From positions 2,004-66,003 of the forward strand of contig JAIORQ010000025.1 in NCBI GenBank assembly GCA_021108035.1: 64,000 nucleotides of DNA, in the 5' to 3' direction. Within the stretch, counting starts at the first letter, position 1. Each line of letters opens with the position of its first letter. Below are positions 20,201 through 28,711 of the stretch, piece after piece. The notes below the pieces were generated by a model. The model had not been told where the DNA came from and ran no database searches. It was given only the letters and a program-made list of their open reading frames with translations. The stretch comes from Bacteroidales bacterium (GTDB taxonomy: Bacteria; Bacteroidota; Bacteroidia; Bacteroidales; JAADGE01). A program made the translations under genes and the position numbers.

Positions 20201-20843
20201 ATCCTTCTTCTGTAGTATAAGTTATAAATTTATTGTGTTCAAATTTAAAAAGCCCTTTACCGGCTGTTGCAAACCAAAGTATTCCGTCTTTAGTTTCAGA
20301 AATATCTTGCAGATTAATATTATTGAATGATGATGAATATTTAAGTGATTTAAATGAATTTTTATCAAAAACAAACCAATCTCCTTCGTTGGAAGAAGAC
20401 CATATTTGATCTTTAGAATCAATAAAAATAACTGTGGAAAGATTGTCTAAATTTTGATCGGTCCCAAAAGATTTAAATTTACCGTCTTTATATGAAATTA
20501 AACCGCTGCTTTGAGTTGTCATCCATAATGTTCCTTCTTTATCAGTTGCTAAATCACCTATACCGTTTTCTTTAAATACAGTTGTATTTGTTTTATCAAA
20601 AATTTTAAATTGAACACCATTAAACCTAATTAATCCGCTATAGCTTGAAATCCAAATATATCCGTCATCAGTTTGGCAAATATCAATTAACGAATTTGTA
20701 GGAAGTCCTTTTTCTTTATTCCAATTATCAATATTAAATTGAATAAGACTTTTTTCAGAAGATAAATAATTTTTTGAGTTCTGTGAAAACGTAGAATAAG
20801 AAAAAAATATAAAAAAAGATAATATAAATAAGCAGTATTTCAT
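17211..20843 (-). CDS. Hybrid two-component sensor histidine kinase / response regulator. Periplasmic beta-propeller (two-component regulator propeller + Y_Y_Y) sensor. No DNA-binding output domain
   Basis: 1210 aa. Signal peptide. Many propeller repeats (GLW/WFAT motifs). Y_Y_Y-like segment. TM helix (ILFYFIVGILTLFFIYFIY). Coiled coil. HisKA H-box (LSHEIRTPLNAIVGF). HATPase_c (DTGIGI...GLGLGLNISKNLV). C-terminal REC domain (ILIAEDEKLNL...LILMDIKMPNIDG). Confidence 0.8.
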   Translation of the reverse strand: MKYCLFILSFFIFFSYSTFSQNSKNYLSSEKSLIQFNIDNWNKEKGLPTNSLIDICQTDDGYIWISSYSGLIRFNGVQFKIFDKTNTTVFKENGIGDLATDKEGTLWMTTQSSGLISYKDGKFKSFGTDQNLDNLSTVIFIDSKDQIWSSSNEGDWFVFDKNSFKSLKYSSSFNNINLQDISETKDGILWFATAGKGLFKFEHNKFITYTTEEGLISNWIRTLYIDDNDLIWLGTDKGLCTFNGEKFEIIPELIGYTINRITTDNSGNFWFATTEGLFRKNHNTNTYEYLSTSNGLYNNYINNFLIDRENILWLINYKSGFSRIKNSKFISYTKRKGMSGKIVNSVCEYAPDSYLTAFDNGYINKIENGIIYEFKTKTSLVGMRIRNILKDSKNNLWISTYSGLLKISSDNKEKWYLEETGFPGKYIRLTFEDSKNNIWIGTRNNGLIKINKDKTYKVFNKSKGLSANLIMSIDEDQSGNIIVGTSKGGINIILNDKIVRKYSKDDGLTGDIIFSTYIDSAGNIWIATNGGLNCLKNGKLLSFNILHSTPYDIVEDNNGYFWIPSGKGIIYINKQHLLNYKSGKIDTFICKLYDKHDGIIQSECTSTSMSLKGSDGTLWFPTINGITMINPNNLILNDYIPPVYIEELLVNNSPVNINESIIIKPGKNRFTFNYTALSYHEPQSILFKYKLEGFEDEWSEADTKRSISYTNLHHGDYIFKVIACNNDGLWNMEGSQITFIVKPHFYETILFYFIVGILTLFFIYFIYRIRVRNLKNEQKKLEDIVNERTLEIREKNKEISRQNAELYRYQEHLEDMIKERTNDLEIEKLNAEKADQLKTSFLENLSHEIRTPLNAIVGFSTLLENEENISKNALESITNINSGSSSLIRIVDSIMQASRIQLGDIQLYESEFSIYNLIKEIYYEFKTSVIFQKKDNVLLKYNAESVKDILITCDNERLYTILYNLIENALKYTEKGFVEFGVTVEKENLLQFYIKDTGIGIAPKDLNYIFDKFRKVETDKSILYRGLGLGLNISKNLVKILNGKIRVESDWGKGSVFYFSIPIKKKKKLATFKENTHLIDFVNLNISGKKILIAEDEKLNLLFLETFLRNSGAEILTAENGLEAVDKFKQNNDIDLILMDIKMPNIDGIEATKQIRKLFKDNKVKIIAQTAYTIDYQKMKILNSGFDDYIEKPIDVYMMMHVINKHLNII

Positions 20844-21383
20844 TTATCAAGGAATAATTAACAGCAATTGATTTGTATTTACTTTCACCACACTAAATTA
20901 CAAAAAAAAATTATATAAAAAAAGGAAGCAAACTTTTATAAGCAGATTATTTTTGAATTTTGATAAATATATAAATTTTTATTTCTGTTGTTTCCCCTTT
21001 ATTTTATTCAAATTCTCTGAAAAATTTACGGCAGAACCGGCAATTTTATTTTGATATATCGGACCTCATTAAGTGAAAGATGAAATTTCTTCTCCGTATA
21101 TATTCTGCTTATTTTAAAAAATGCTTTTTTTGAAAACGTGTTCCTGATGATGCAAATAATATAATTACGAATTTGGATTAAGATTTAAAACGGATAAAGA
21201 GGGTGTGTGTTTGGATGACAGCTAAAGAAATAGGCATATCAAGGCAGGAGCAAGAACTTATATCGGGTGCATTTAGATATTGATTTTATTGACCGCTACT
21301 TCAGAACACAAAAAAACTACTAATCGTATTGATATAAATATGCTTTTCGTATTTTTGCATGTATAACAATATATATTAAAGCT

Positions 21384-21872
21384 ATGCAACGATACATTGA
21401 ACAACTGATTGAGGATATTGAAGAAGCCAAAAATCGTCCTCGACCGCCGAAAATGCTTTTACCGCCCGAACTTGAATTTGTCAGGGGAGCAGAAGAATAT
21501 TTGCATGGTGAGCAATACGAAATGGGAAAACTTTTTGGTCTTGAAATAAAGCAATTTCCGCCGGAAGATAAATTGAGTGAAGAAGAAATACAAGCACTAA
21601 CCGATAAAATTACAGAACTTTGGCAAGTTTTTAATTTTATTCCTGTTTTCCCTGAAGGGCTGCCTGTAAAGTATAAATACAAGTTATTAGTTGATTACCT
21701 TGAACACAAAACAACTTATATAAGTGAAGGAAATAACCATTTTGAATTTTGCACCTACGACCCGGAGTCATGTCCGTTTCCGGAAGAGTTTTGCACATGC
21801 AAAGATTTGGAATTTGATGATGATGATTTAGAAATGCCTGACAATTATAATGAAAATGATCTGCCGTTTTAA
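21384..21872 (+). CDS. Hypothetical acidic cytoplasmic protein
   Basis: 162 aa. Non-repetitive composition with an acidic C-terminus (DLEFDDDDLEMPDNYNENDLPF). Preferred over the overlapping low-complexity minus-strand ORF 21320-21682. Confidence 0.4.
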   Translation: MQRYIEQLIEDIEEAKNRPRPPKMLLPPELEFVRGAEEYLHGEQYEMGKLFGLEIKQFPPEDKLSEEEIQALTDKITELWQVFNFIPVFPEGLPVKYKYKLLVDYLEHKTTYISEGNNHFEFCTYDPESCPFPEEFCTCKDLEFDDDDLEMPDNYNENDLPF

Positions 21873-22068
21873 TTTATAAACATAAAATAAGTGCCTGTAA
21901 CGAAATAAGTGTTGCATTAGAACGCAGTTATTTTTCATTATTACAATACAAAAAAAGTGAGAATATTGGTTATATTTGAGCTTTTTTTGAAGCAGTAAAA
22001 ATGGGAAAGAACAAGTTAAAATGCGTCAATTATTTCGTTACAGGCACTAACTTCCAAATACTGATAAC

Positions 22069-22518
22069 ATGCAAAAAGTTCATAGAAAAATAATTAAAGA
22101 AATTGCCGAAAATATTGATTGCGGAATGGTCTGTTTTATAAATACCGAAACACTCGAAACAGAAAACGCACCTCAAACATTTATTGAAGATCCGGAAGAA
22201 TTTGAAATGATTACAGGTATGACAGCCGAAGACATGAAATTGAAATATCTTGAATGGGAAAATTATATTACCGTTAATCCTTTAGAATCATATGAAGCAT
22301 TCAAAATTATGGAATATTTTATTGATACAGTTGTCGATAAAATATTGCAAAACAAACTGATTGATGCACTAAATCGCAGAAAACCTTTTGCCGGATTTAA
22401 TTCTGTTGTTGATAATTCCGATTACAGGCAAAAATGGTTTGACTTTAAACAACAACAATTAGAAGAACATGTTGGTATGATATTAAAACAAAATAACAGA
22501 ATAGAATTGTTTTTTTGA
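22069..22518 (+). CDS. Hypothetical protein
   Basis: 149-aa ORF with no recognised domain. The intergenic region upstream is bracketed by a perfect 18-bp inverted repeat. Confidence 0.4.
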   Translation: MQKVHRKIIKEIAENIDCGMVCFINTETLETENAPQTFIEDPEEFEMITGMTAEDMKLKYLEWENYITVNPLESYEAFKIMEYFIDTVVDKILQNKLIDALNRRKPFAGFNSVVDNSDYRQKWFDFKQQQLEEHVGMILKQNNRIELFF

Positions 22519-22711
22519 ATGACAATTAAATAGAGTCTGTCTATAAAGTCAGTGTTTGGTTCAGAATGTTCGAGTTCGAGGCATCCGAAGTGTTTATAAT
22601 CAGGAGTTTACTTTTGTAAATGACTGATTATAAACATGAGGATAACGAAGAAATCGGACATTATGGACAGACACTAAATATAACATAAAACATTATTACA
22701 GCAACTAAAAA

Positions 22712-23776
22712 ATGAAGAATAATAAACTTTCAACAGGCGATTCACATTTTTCAATTAATGATAAGTTTTCAAACTTTGTTATTTTTCAAACAGAAACGGG
22801 CAAAGTAAATATTGATGTCTTTTTTCAGAATGATACTTTGTGGCTTACACAAAAGAAAATTGCAGAACTTTTTGAAAAAGGAAGAAGTACAATAACAGAG
22901 CATCTCAAACATATTTTTAATGAGGGTGAACTTGACGAAAATGTGGTGTGTCGGAATTTCCGACATACCACTCAACATGGTGCAATAGACGGGAAAACAC
23001 AAGAAAAGGAAGTAAGATATTACAACTTGAGAGCAATTACAGCAGTAGGATATCGTGTAAATTCTCACAGAGCCACAGAATTTAGAAAGTGGGCAACTGA
23101 AATCTTGCATGAATATATTGTCAAAGGTTTTGCAATGGATGATGAAAGGTTAAAGCAGATAAAGCATTTCGGCCGGGATTATTTTGATGAAATGCTTGAG
23201 CGTATCAGAGAAATCAGGCTCAGTGAAAGAAGATTTTATCAAAAAATAACAGATATTTATGCACTTTCGGCTGATTATGACAAAAAAGCAATGATTACAC
23301 AAGATTTTTTTGCAACAACACAAAACAAAATGCATTGGGCCATACAGGGAAAAACAGCAGCCGAAATTATTTATACCGAAGCCGAAGCAACAAAAATTTA
23401 TATGGGGCTGAAAACATGGAAAAATGCACCTGCCGGTAAAGTGTTAAAATCGGATGTAAGCATTGCAAAAAACTACCTTGAAGAACAACATCTCAAACAA
23501 CTTCAAAGAATTGTTTCTGCATATCTCGACCTTGCCGAAAACAGAGCCGAGCAAGGAATTGTGATGAATATGAAAGATTGGACAGTTTATTTGAATAAGT
23601 TTTTAGAATTATCCGACTATCCTATACTGCTGCATAAAGGAAAAATATCAGCTTTAGAAGCTAAAATTAAAGCAGAAGATGAATACGACAAATTCAGAGT
23701 GATACAAGACAAAAATTACATTTCTGATTTTGATAAAGAAATTATGAAACAATTAAGGGAAAGGAAAGATGAGTAA
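22712..23776 (+). CDS. rhuM: RhuM-family virulence/Fic-associated DNA-binding protein
   Basis: 354 aa. Characteristic N-terminal region (VIFQTETGKVNIDVFFQNDTLWLTQKKIAELFEKGRSTITEHLKHIF..YYNLRAITAVGYRVNSHRATEFRKWATEIL) typical of RhuM proteins found on genomic islands. Confidence 0.7.
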   Translation: MKNNKLSTGDSHFSINDKFSNFVIFQTETGKVNIDVFFQNDTLWLTQKKIAELFEKGRSTITEHLKHIFNEGELDENVVCRNFRHTTQHGAIDGKTQEKEVRYYNLRAITAVGYRVNSHRATEFRKWATEILHEYIVKGFAMDDERLKQIKHFGRDYFDEMLERIREIRLSERRFYQKITDIYALSADYDKKAMITQDFFATTQNKMHWAIQGKTAAEIIYTEAEATKIYMGLKTWKNAPAGKVLKSDVSIAKNYLEEQHLKQLQRIVSAYLDLAENRAEQGIVMNMKDWTVYLNKFLELSDYPILLHKGKISALEAKIKAEDEYDKFRVIQDKNYISDFDKEIMKQLRERKDE

Positions 23777-23942
23777 TGTTAGCTCTTTACATATTAAAAT
23801 GTCAGAATTGTATTTTTTAATCACACAAATTTCGCCAATTGTAAAGGGTTTCATGGCTTGTTTTTCCTCCTAACTTTTTAAAATGTTTTTCTGCATTTGG
23901 AGCACCTTTAAATCTGTTAATTGCCCATTCTGCGAGTTGTTT

Positions 23943-24869
23943 TTACCATCTTTCTATTGTTCTATAGCTAATTCCCAACATTTTAGATGCTTTTCTTTTT
24001 TCATTGTTGTTCAATGCTAATGCCCATTTTTTTAATTTAGCTTTAAAATCATTTAACATATCCCCGTAATTAGTATCTTCGTTAAAAACAAATGTATTAT
24101 CCTCATAAATTTTTTGAGATGGATTATGTAATGATTTTTTGAAATCCTCTTTTATTTTATTTAATATTTTTTCATCATCATTATTTTTGTCTAATTGATG
24201 TAAGTTCCAATTAATTGCGATTTTATCTAAATCACGAAAATTACCATGCATTCTATAAGCCCCTCTTTCTATCCATTTTCTGAAATTATCAGACTTTGGG
24301 AACGCGTCTTTAAACTTTTCTACCTTTTCAAAAAATTTCAGCCATGTTGCTTTAAAATCTTCATATATTGAAGTTTGTGTTTCATCAAAATTTGGAAATT
24401 CTACAACAAATTGACTAATTCTATCAAAAAATTTAGCCATAAGATATCTTCTGTCATCTCTAATCTTTCTGATTGGAAACGTTGAAGTAAAGATTATTCT
24501 TATTTCATATTCTTTCTGTTTAAAACCATACAAACCATTTGTAGTTGATAAGGCTTCAAACAGTATCTCTTGACTTTTTTCAGTGAGCTTTTCAACTTCT
24601 TCAATTATTAAAAAATGTTTATCTGATTTTTTAAGTAAATTCTCCCAATATTCCTCTGTACTTTCTATTAAGCCGGCATAAGCAATAACTTGCTTTTTTT
24701 TAAATTCATTAGCTTCTTTTATTAATTTAAAAATCCAATGCGTTTTTCCAACCCCTGTATCTCCAATTACTAATATAGGAAATCTACCGGGATAATTCAT
24801 CATTTCCTTTAATTTACAAATAGATTTTTGTCTTTTTTCATGTTGATTCTTCATAATATTAATTTTCAT
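23943..24869 (-). CDS. AAA+ ATPase related to sigma-54 activator (NtrC-type) core but lacking the GAFTGA loop, with C-terminal Fis-type HTH. Putative transcriptional regulator
   Basis: 308 aa. Walker A ILVIGDTGVGKTH. Walker B HFLIIEEVEKL. NtrC-like R-finger region. C-terminal KRKASKMLGISYRTIERW resembles the Fis/NtrC HTH. No GAFTGA between Walker A and B. Confidence 0.55.
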   Translation of the reverse strand: MKINIMKNQHEKRQKSICKLKEMMNYPGRFPILVIGDTGVGKTHWIFKLIKEANEFKKKQVIAYAGLIESTEEYWENLLKKSDKHFLIIEEVEKLTEKSQEILFEALSTTNGLYGFKQKEYEIRIIFTSTFPIRKIRDDRRYLMAKFFDRISQFVVEFPNFDETQTSIYEDFKATWLKFFEKVEKFKDAFPKSDNFRKWIERGAYRMHGNFRDLDKIAINWNLHQLDKNNDDEKILNKIKEDFKKSLHNPSQKIYEDNTFVFNEDTNYGDMLNDFKAKLKKWALALNNNEKRKASKMLGISYRTIERW

Positions 24870-24871
24870 GC

Positions 24872-24908
24872 GACAATATTGCGTATTTTAAATGACAATA
24901 TTGCGTAT
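24872..24908. promoter_or_regulatory. Two direct copies of GACAATATTGCGTAT (palindromic core CAATATTG) in the divergent promoter region. Candidate operator
   Basis: Copies at 24872-24886 and 24894-24908. They lie immediately upstream of the AAA+/Fis regulator start (24869, -) and about 70 bp upstream of the divergent 24978 gene. Confidence 0.45.
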
Positions 24909-24977
24909 GCAAAAATACATCTTTTTTTTGGAATATATTTGTATAAAACAGAATTGTTAAATTTTAATCATTAATTT

Positions 24978-25268
24978 ATGAAACAACAAATCTACAAAAC
25001 AAATCATTTCCGGGAGCAAGCATGGGAAAGAGGTATATATCAACATGAAGTTGATAAAATAACGGAACAGATAGACAAAGAAGAATTAAAAGGTAAATCA
25101 AGAATTGTTGTAGGAAAAGAAAAATTAAAGGAATTATGGATGAAATCAAAAGATGACTGTTTAATTCTTATTGCAAAAGGACATTTATTGATTACAACAT
25201 TCTTTGTTGATAACCTTTACAATTATCTTAAATCCAAAAAAGAAAAAATAAATACAATAATTTTATAA
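24978..25268 (+). CDS. DUF4258-like small protein (possible toxin-like component)
   Basis: 96 aa. N-terminal KTNHFREQAWERGI resembles the DUF4258 H..eR..eRgI signature. Low-confidence family call. Confidence 0.35.
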   Translation: MKQQIYKTNHFREQAWERGIYQHEVDKITEQIDKEELKGKSRIVVGKEKLKELWMKSKDDCLILIAKGHLLITTFFVDNLYNYLKSKKEKINTIIL

Positions 25269-25353
25269 GTTAAAGTGAAGCAGAAATCACTATAAAAAAC
25301 GGGAAAGTTTGAAAATCCAAAAGAGTAAAAGAAACAAAACAAATGATAAATTA

Positions 25354-25503
25354 TGAGTTTACAAAAGGATCATGATTACAGCCAAGAAGATTTAGATAAC
25401 TATTCTCGGCAATTAGACCATGAACACGACACTTATTGGAAAGATCGTGGTTATGATGAACGTCCCGACGATTGGAAAGAACAAGTTGATGAAAATAAAT
25501 AAA
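25354..25503 (+). CDS. Small hydrophilic ORF (49 aa, Asp/Tyr/Trp-containing acidic peptide)
   Basis: Read manually: MSLQKDHDYSQEDLDNYSRQLDHEHDTYWKDRGYDERPDDWKEQVDENK. Below the ORF-track size cutoff. Coding status uncertain. Confidence 0.25.
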
Positions 25504-25534
25504 TTTTTTATAAACATTTAAAATTAATTAGATT

Positions 25535-25672
25535 ATGGCAAAAAAACAAAGTCATCATGAGGCGGATATTGAAAATCCGAACAAAGGAGAGAAAGGAACA
25601 AACAAAACCTATGACAAAAATCAAGGAAACAAAGGGAAACAATTAAACCCTAATCAAAAAGGGAAAAAGTAG
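25535..25672 (+). CDS. Small basic Lys/Gly/Asn-rich ORF (45 aa, KGG-like stress-peptide flavour)
   Basis: Read manually: MAKKQSHHEADIENPNKGEKGTNKTYDKNQGNKGKQLNPNQKGKK. Below the ORF-track cutoff. Coding status uncertain. Confidence 0.25.
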   Translation: MAKKQSHHEADIENPNKGEKGTNKTYDKNQGNKGKQLNPNQKGKK

Positions 25673-25680
25673 TTTTGTAA

Positions 25681-25835
25681 TTTGAGGCTGTTCAAAAAAT
25701 CGCATAGCGACGAATTATTTGTAGCCCTTGACACAATTGCGATAAGCAATTACTGTCAAGGGTAATAATCCGGAAGTTATAAAAGTCCCATAGGGACGGT
25801 ATCCGGAAAAGCCGGATTTTTGGACAGCCTCAATA
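25681..25835. repeat. Nested-palindrome intergenic element (MITE/REP-like) related to the element at 4246-4428
   Basis: Outer inverted repeat ttgaggctgttcaaaaaatc / gatttttggacagcctcaa. Inner hairpins cccttgaca...tgtcaaggg and atccggaaaagccggat. Shares tcgcatagcgacg and cccatagggacgg cores with the first element. Confidence 0.55.
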
Positions 25836-25847
25836 AAGAATACAATT

Positions 25848-27101
25848 ATGCACATACTAAAAATAATACACGGTTATCCGCCAAACTACAACGCAGGTTC
25901 AGAAGTTTACAGTCAATCAATTGTAAATGAACTGGCAAAAACAAATAAAGTAACTGTATTTACTCGTGAAGAAAATGATTATGAACCTGATTTTAAATTT
26001 CGTAAGGAAACTAAAGACAAAATTGATTTTGTATATGTAAATATGGCAAGAGGCAAAGACGGTTATAATCATAAGATTGTTAATAAATATTTTGCAGAAT
26101 TAATAACAGAAACTAACCCTGATGTTGTTCACATCGGACATCTAAATCATCTGTCAACAGGCATTGTTGATGTTCTTGCCAGTGCAAAAATTTCAATGGT
26201 TTATACGCTGCATGATTATTGGTTGATGTGCCCGAGAGGACAGTTTTTGCAACGTAATTTCGATGGTGAAAACCTTTATAGACTTTGCGATAAACAAGAG
26301 AATAACAAATGTGCTGATTCATGTTATAAAATGTATTTTTCAGACAAACAGGGAGAAGATTATTATACAAATTGGGTAAACCAAAGAATGAAAACAGCAA
26401 AATCATTAACAGAAAAAATTAAGCTTTTTATTGCCCCTTCAAAATATTTAATGAACCGTTTTATTAATGATTTTCAACTTCCGAAAGAAAAAATAATTTA
26501 TCTTGATTATGGTTTCCCGACTCATTACTTGCAACCTGTTGAACCTAAAACTAACGGCATTTTTACATTCGGATATATCGGCACTCACATTCCGGCAAAA
26601 GGTTTAAATATTCTGATAAATGCTTTTAAAAAAATTGAAAGACTGGCTAAACTAAAAATATTCGGTCGCCAAAACGGACAAAATACAAGGGCTCTAAAGA
26701 AGATGACAGAGAACAGAAGAAATTCGATTGAATTTTGTGGTGAATATATAAATCAAAATCTTGCAACAACTGTTTTTAATAAGGTTAATGCCATTGTTGT
26801 GCCGTCAATTTGGGGTGAAAATTCACCTCTTGTAATTCATGAAACACAAGCTTGCAAAATTCCTGTAATCACAGCAAACTTCGGAGGGATGAAAGAGTAT
26901 GTTAAGCATAATGTAAACGGACTGTTATTTGAACATCGAAATGTTGAAAGTCTGTATGAACAAATGAAATTTGCTGTTGATAATCCCAAAAATATGAAAC
27001 AATTAGGGCAAAAAGGATATTTGTATTCCGAAACCGGTCAAGTTCCGGATATTCAAGATCACTGTAAAGAATTAATAAGATTTTACAACGAATTAAAATG
27101 A
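25848..27101 (+). CDS. Glycosyltransferase family 4 (GT1/GT4 fold)
   Basis: 417 aa. N-terminal GT4 region (ILKIIHGYPPNYNAGSEVYS). C-terminal Glycos_transf_1 region (GENSPLVIHETQACKIPVITANFGGMKEYVKHNVNGLLF). Stop overlaps the downstream rSAM start (ATGA). Confidence 0.75.
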   Translation: MHILKIIHGYPPNYNAGSEVYSQSIVNELAKTNKVTVFTREENDYEPDFKFRKETKDKIDFVYVNMARGKDGYNHKIVNKYFAELITETNPDVVHIGHLNHLSTGIVDVLASAKISMVYTLHDYWLMCPRGQFLQRNFDGENLYRLCDKQENNKCADSCYKMYFSDKQGEDYYTNWVNQRMKTAKSLTEKIKLFIAPSKYLMNRFINDFQLPKEKIIYLDYGFPTHYLQPVEPKTNGIFTFGYIGTHIPAKGLNILINAFKKIERLAKLKIFGRQNGQNTRALKKMTENRRNSIEFCGEYINQNLATTVFNKVNAIVVPSIWGENSPLVIHETQACKIPVITANFGGMKEYVKHNVNGLLFEHRNVESLYEQMKFAVDNPKNMKQLGQKGYLYSETGQVPDIQDHCKELIRFYNELK

Positions 27102-28132
27102 AGCAAGCAAAAAATAAATTTTGGCGTATTACTTTGGATACTAATCCCGAAGATTGCAACTTAAATTGTGTAATGTGTGAAGAACATTCGTCTTACAGTA
27201 ATTTCAAACAAAAATTGTTTAAGAAAACAGGCGTAAAACACCGTAGGATGCCCTCGTATTGGATTGCCGGTATTTTTAAGGAAGCATCTGAACTTGGTGT
27301 AAAGGAAATTATACCGTCAACAATGGGCGAACCGCTTCTGTATAAAGATATTGACTTGTTTTTTGAACTTGCGAAAAAATATAAAATAAAAATAAACTTA
27401 ACAACAAACGGAACATTTCCCGGAAAAACTGTTGAGCAGTGGGCAAAATTGATAATTCCGATTACAAGTGATACAAAAATTTCATTTAACGGAGCAACAA
27501 AAGAAACAGCCGAAAAAGTTATGACAGGTTTAGACTTTGAAAAACAGATACAAAACATTCGTGCATTTGTGGCTATTAGGAACAAACATTTTTCAGAAAC
27601 AGGATATTACAGTTTCATATCTCTACAATTAACTTTCATGCAAAACAATATGCATGAGTTATCTGAAATAATAAAATTTGCATCTGAATTAGATATTGAC
27701 AGAATAAAAGGACATCATTTATGGACACATTTTCCGGAAATAAAAGATTTATCATTTAAAAGAGATGAAGAATCCATGCAGAAATGGAATAAAATAGTTG
27801 ATAACACTTTTACAACTGTCGAAAAATACAGAAAACCAAACGGACAAAAAATATTTTTAGAGCAAATTGCTTATTTGAAACCGACAGAAACAAAAGAAGT
27901 TCCTGTCGAATATGATTGTCCTTTTTTGAAAAAAGAATTATGGATTTCGGCAACAGGAAAAATTTCGCCTTGTTGTGCCCCTGATGAACAACGAAACAGT
28001 CTCGGTGATTTTGGAATATATCCAAACACAAGTATAAAGGAAGTTACAGAAAGTAGAATTTATACTGATTTATGCAAAAATTACAAACAAGTCCCTTTGT
28101 GTAAAATTTGTAATATGAGAAAACCAATATGA
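27098..28132 (+). CDS. Radical SAM enzyme with C-terminal SPASM/twitch-like Cys cluster
   Basis: 344 aa. CxxxCxxC motif CNLNCVMCEE. TIM-barrel region. C-terminal cysteines CPF...SPCCAPDEQ...DLC...PLCKIC. Translationally coupled on both sides. Confidence 0.75.
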   Translation: MKQAKNKFWRITLDTNPEDCNLNCVMCEEHSSYSNFKQKLFKKTGVKHRRMPSYWIAGIFKEASELGVKEIIPSTMGEPLLYKDIDLFFELAKKYKIKINLTTNGTFPGKTVEQWAKLIIPITSDTKISFNGATKETAEKVMTGLDFEKQIQNIRAFVAIRNKHFSETGYYSFISLQLTFMQNNMHELSEIIKFASELDIDRIKGHHLWTHFPEIKDLSFKRDEESMQKWNKIVDNTFTTVEKYRKPNGQKIFLEQIAYLKPTETKEVPVEYDCPFLKKELWISATGKISPCCAPDEQRNSLGDFGIYPNTSIKEVTESRIYTDLCKNYKQVPLCKICNMRKPI

Positions 28133-28710
28133 AAATAACAGATGAATTAATAAATTACAATGAAGATGCAAAGCTTGCATTAATCATTAGACATGCAGAT
28201 AGAGAATTAATTCCTGACAGTGAGTTTGGTAATGATGTTTTATTAAATGAGAAAGGTATAAAGAATTCGATTAAATTTGGAAAATTACTAAAACAATATA
28301 CAATAAACAAAATTATAACAAGTCCAATTGACAGATGTGTTCAAACCTCAAAACTTATTGTAAAAGGCTACCGTAAAGACATTGAGATAATTCAATCAAA
28401 AGCTCTTGGAGACCCGGGTTTACATGTATATGATGCAAAAAAAACAGGAGATTTTTATTTGAAACATGGTTTTGATGAAATGTATAAAAGATATAAAACC
28501 GGTCAAAAAATACCCGGAGTTCCGAAACCGGAAGAACTTAAAAAGTCCATGACTAATTTTATTACAACAAATACCAATCAAAAAGGAATTACAATTTTTA
28601 TTACACACGACTCTGTGATTGCATTTTATGATTTTGCTTTAAATAATAAAAGTTATACAAAAGAAAATTGGATAAATTATTTGTCCGGAATGATTTTAGA
28701 AATACAATAA
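28129..28710 (+). CDS. Histidine phosphatase superfamily (phosphoglycerate-mutase-like) protein
   Basis: 193 aa. RHG-type catalytic motif LALIIRHADRE near the N-terminus. C-terminal ITHDSV. Confidence 0.6.
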   Translation: MKITDELINYNEDAKLALIIRHADRELIPDSEFGNDVLLNEKGIKNSIKFGKLLKQYTINKIITSPIDRCVQTSKLIVKGYRKDIEIIQSKALGDPGLHVYDAKKTGDFYLKHGFDEMYKRYKTGQKIPGVPKPEELKKSMTNFITTNTNQKGITIFITHDSVIAFYDFALNNKSYTKENWINYLSGMILEIQ

Positions 28711-28711
28711 T

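Noticed and set aside
21320-21682. 120-aa minus-strand ORF overlapping the 21384-21872 plus-strand ORF
   Set aside because: Ser/Gly-rich low-complexity translation, antisense to a compositionally normal ORF. Judged a shadow ORF.
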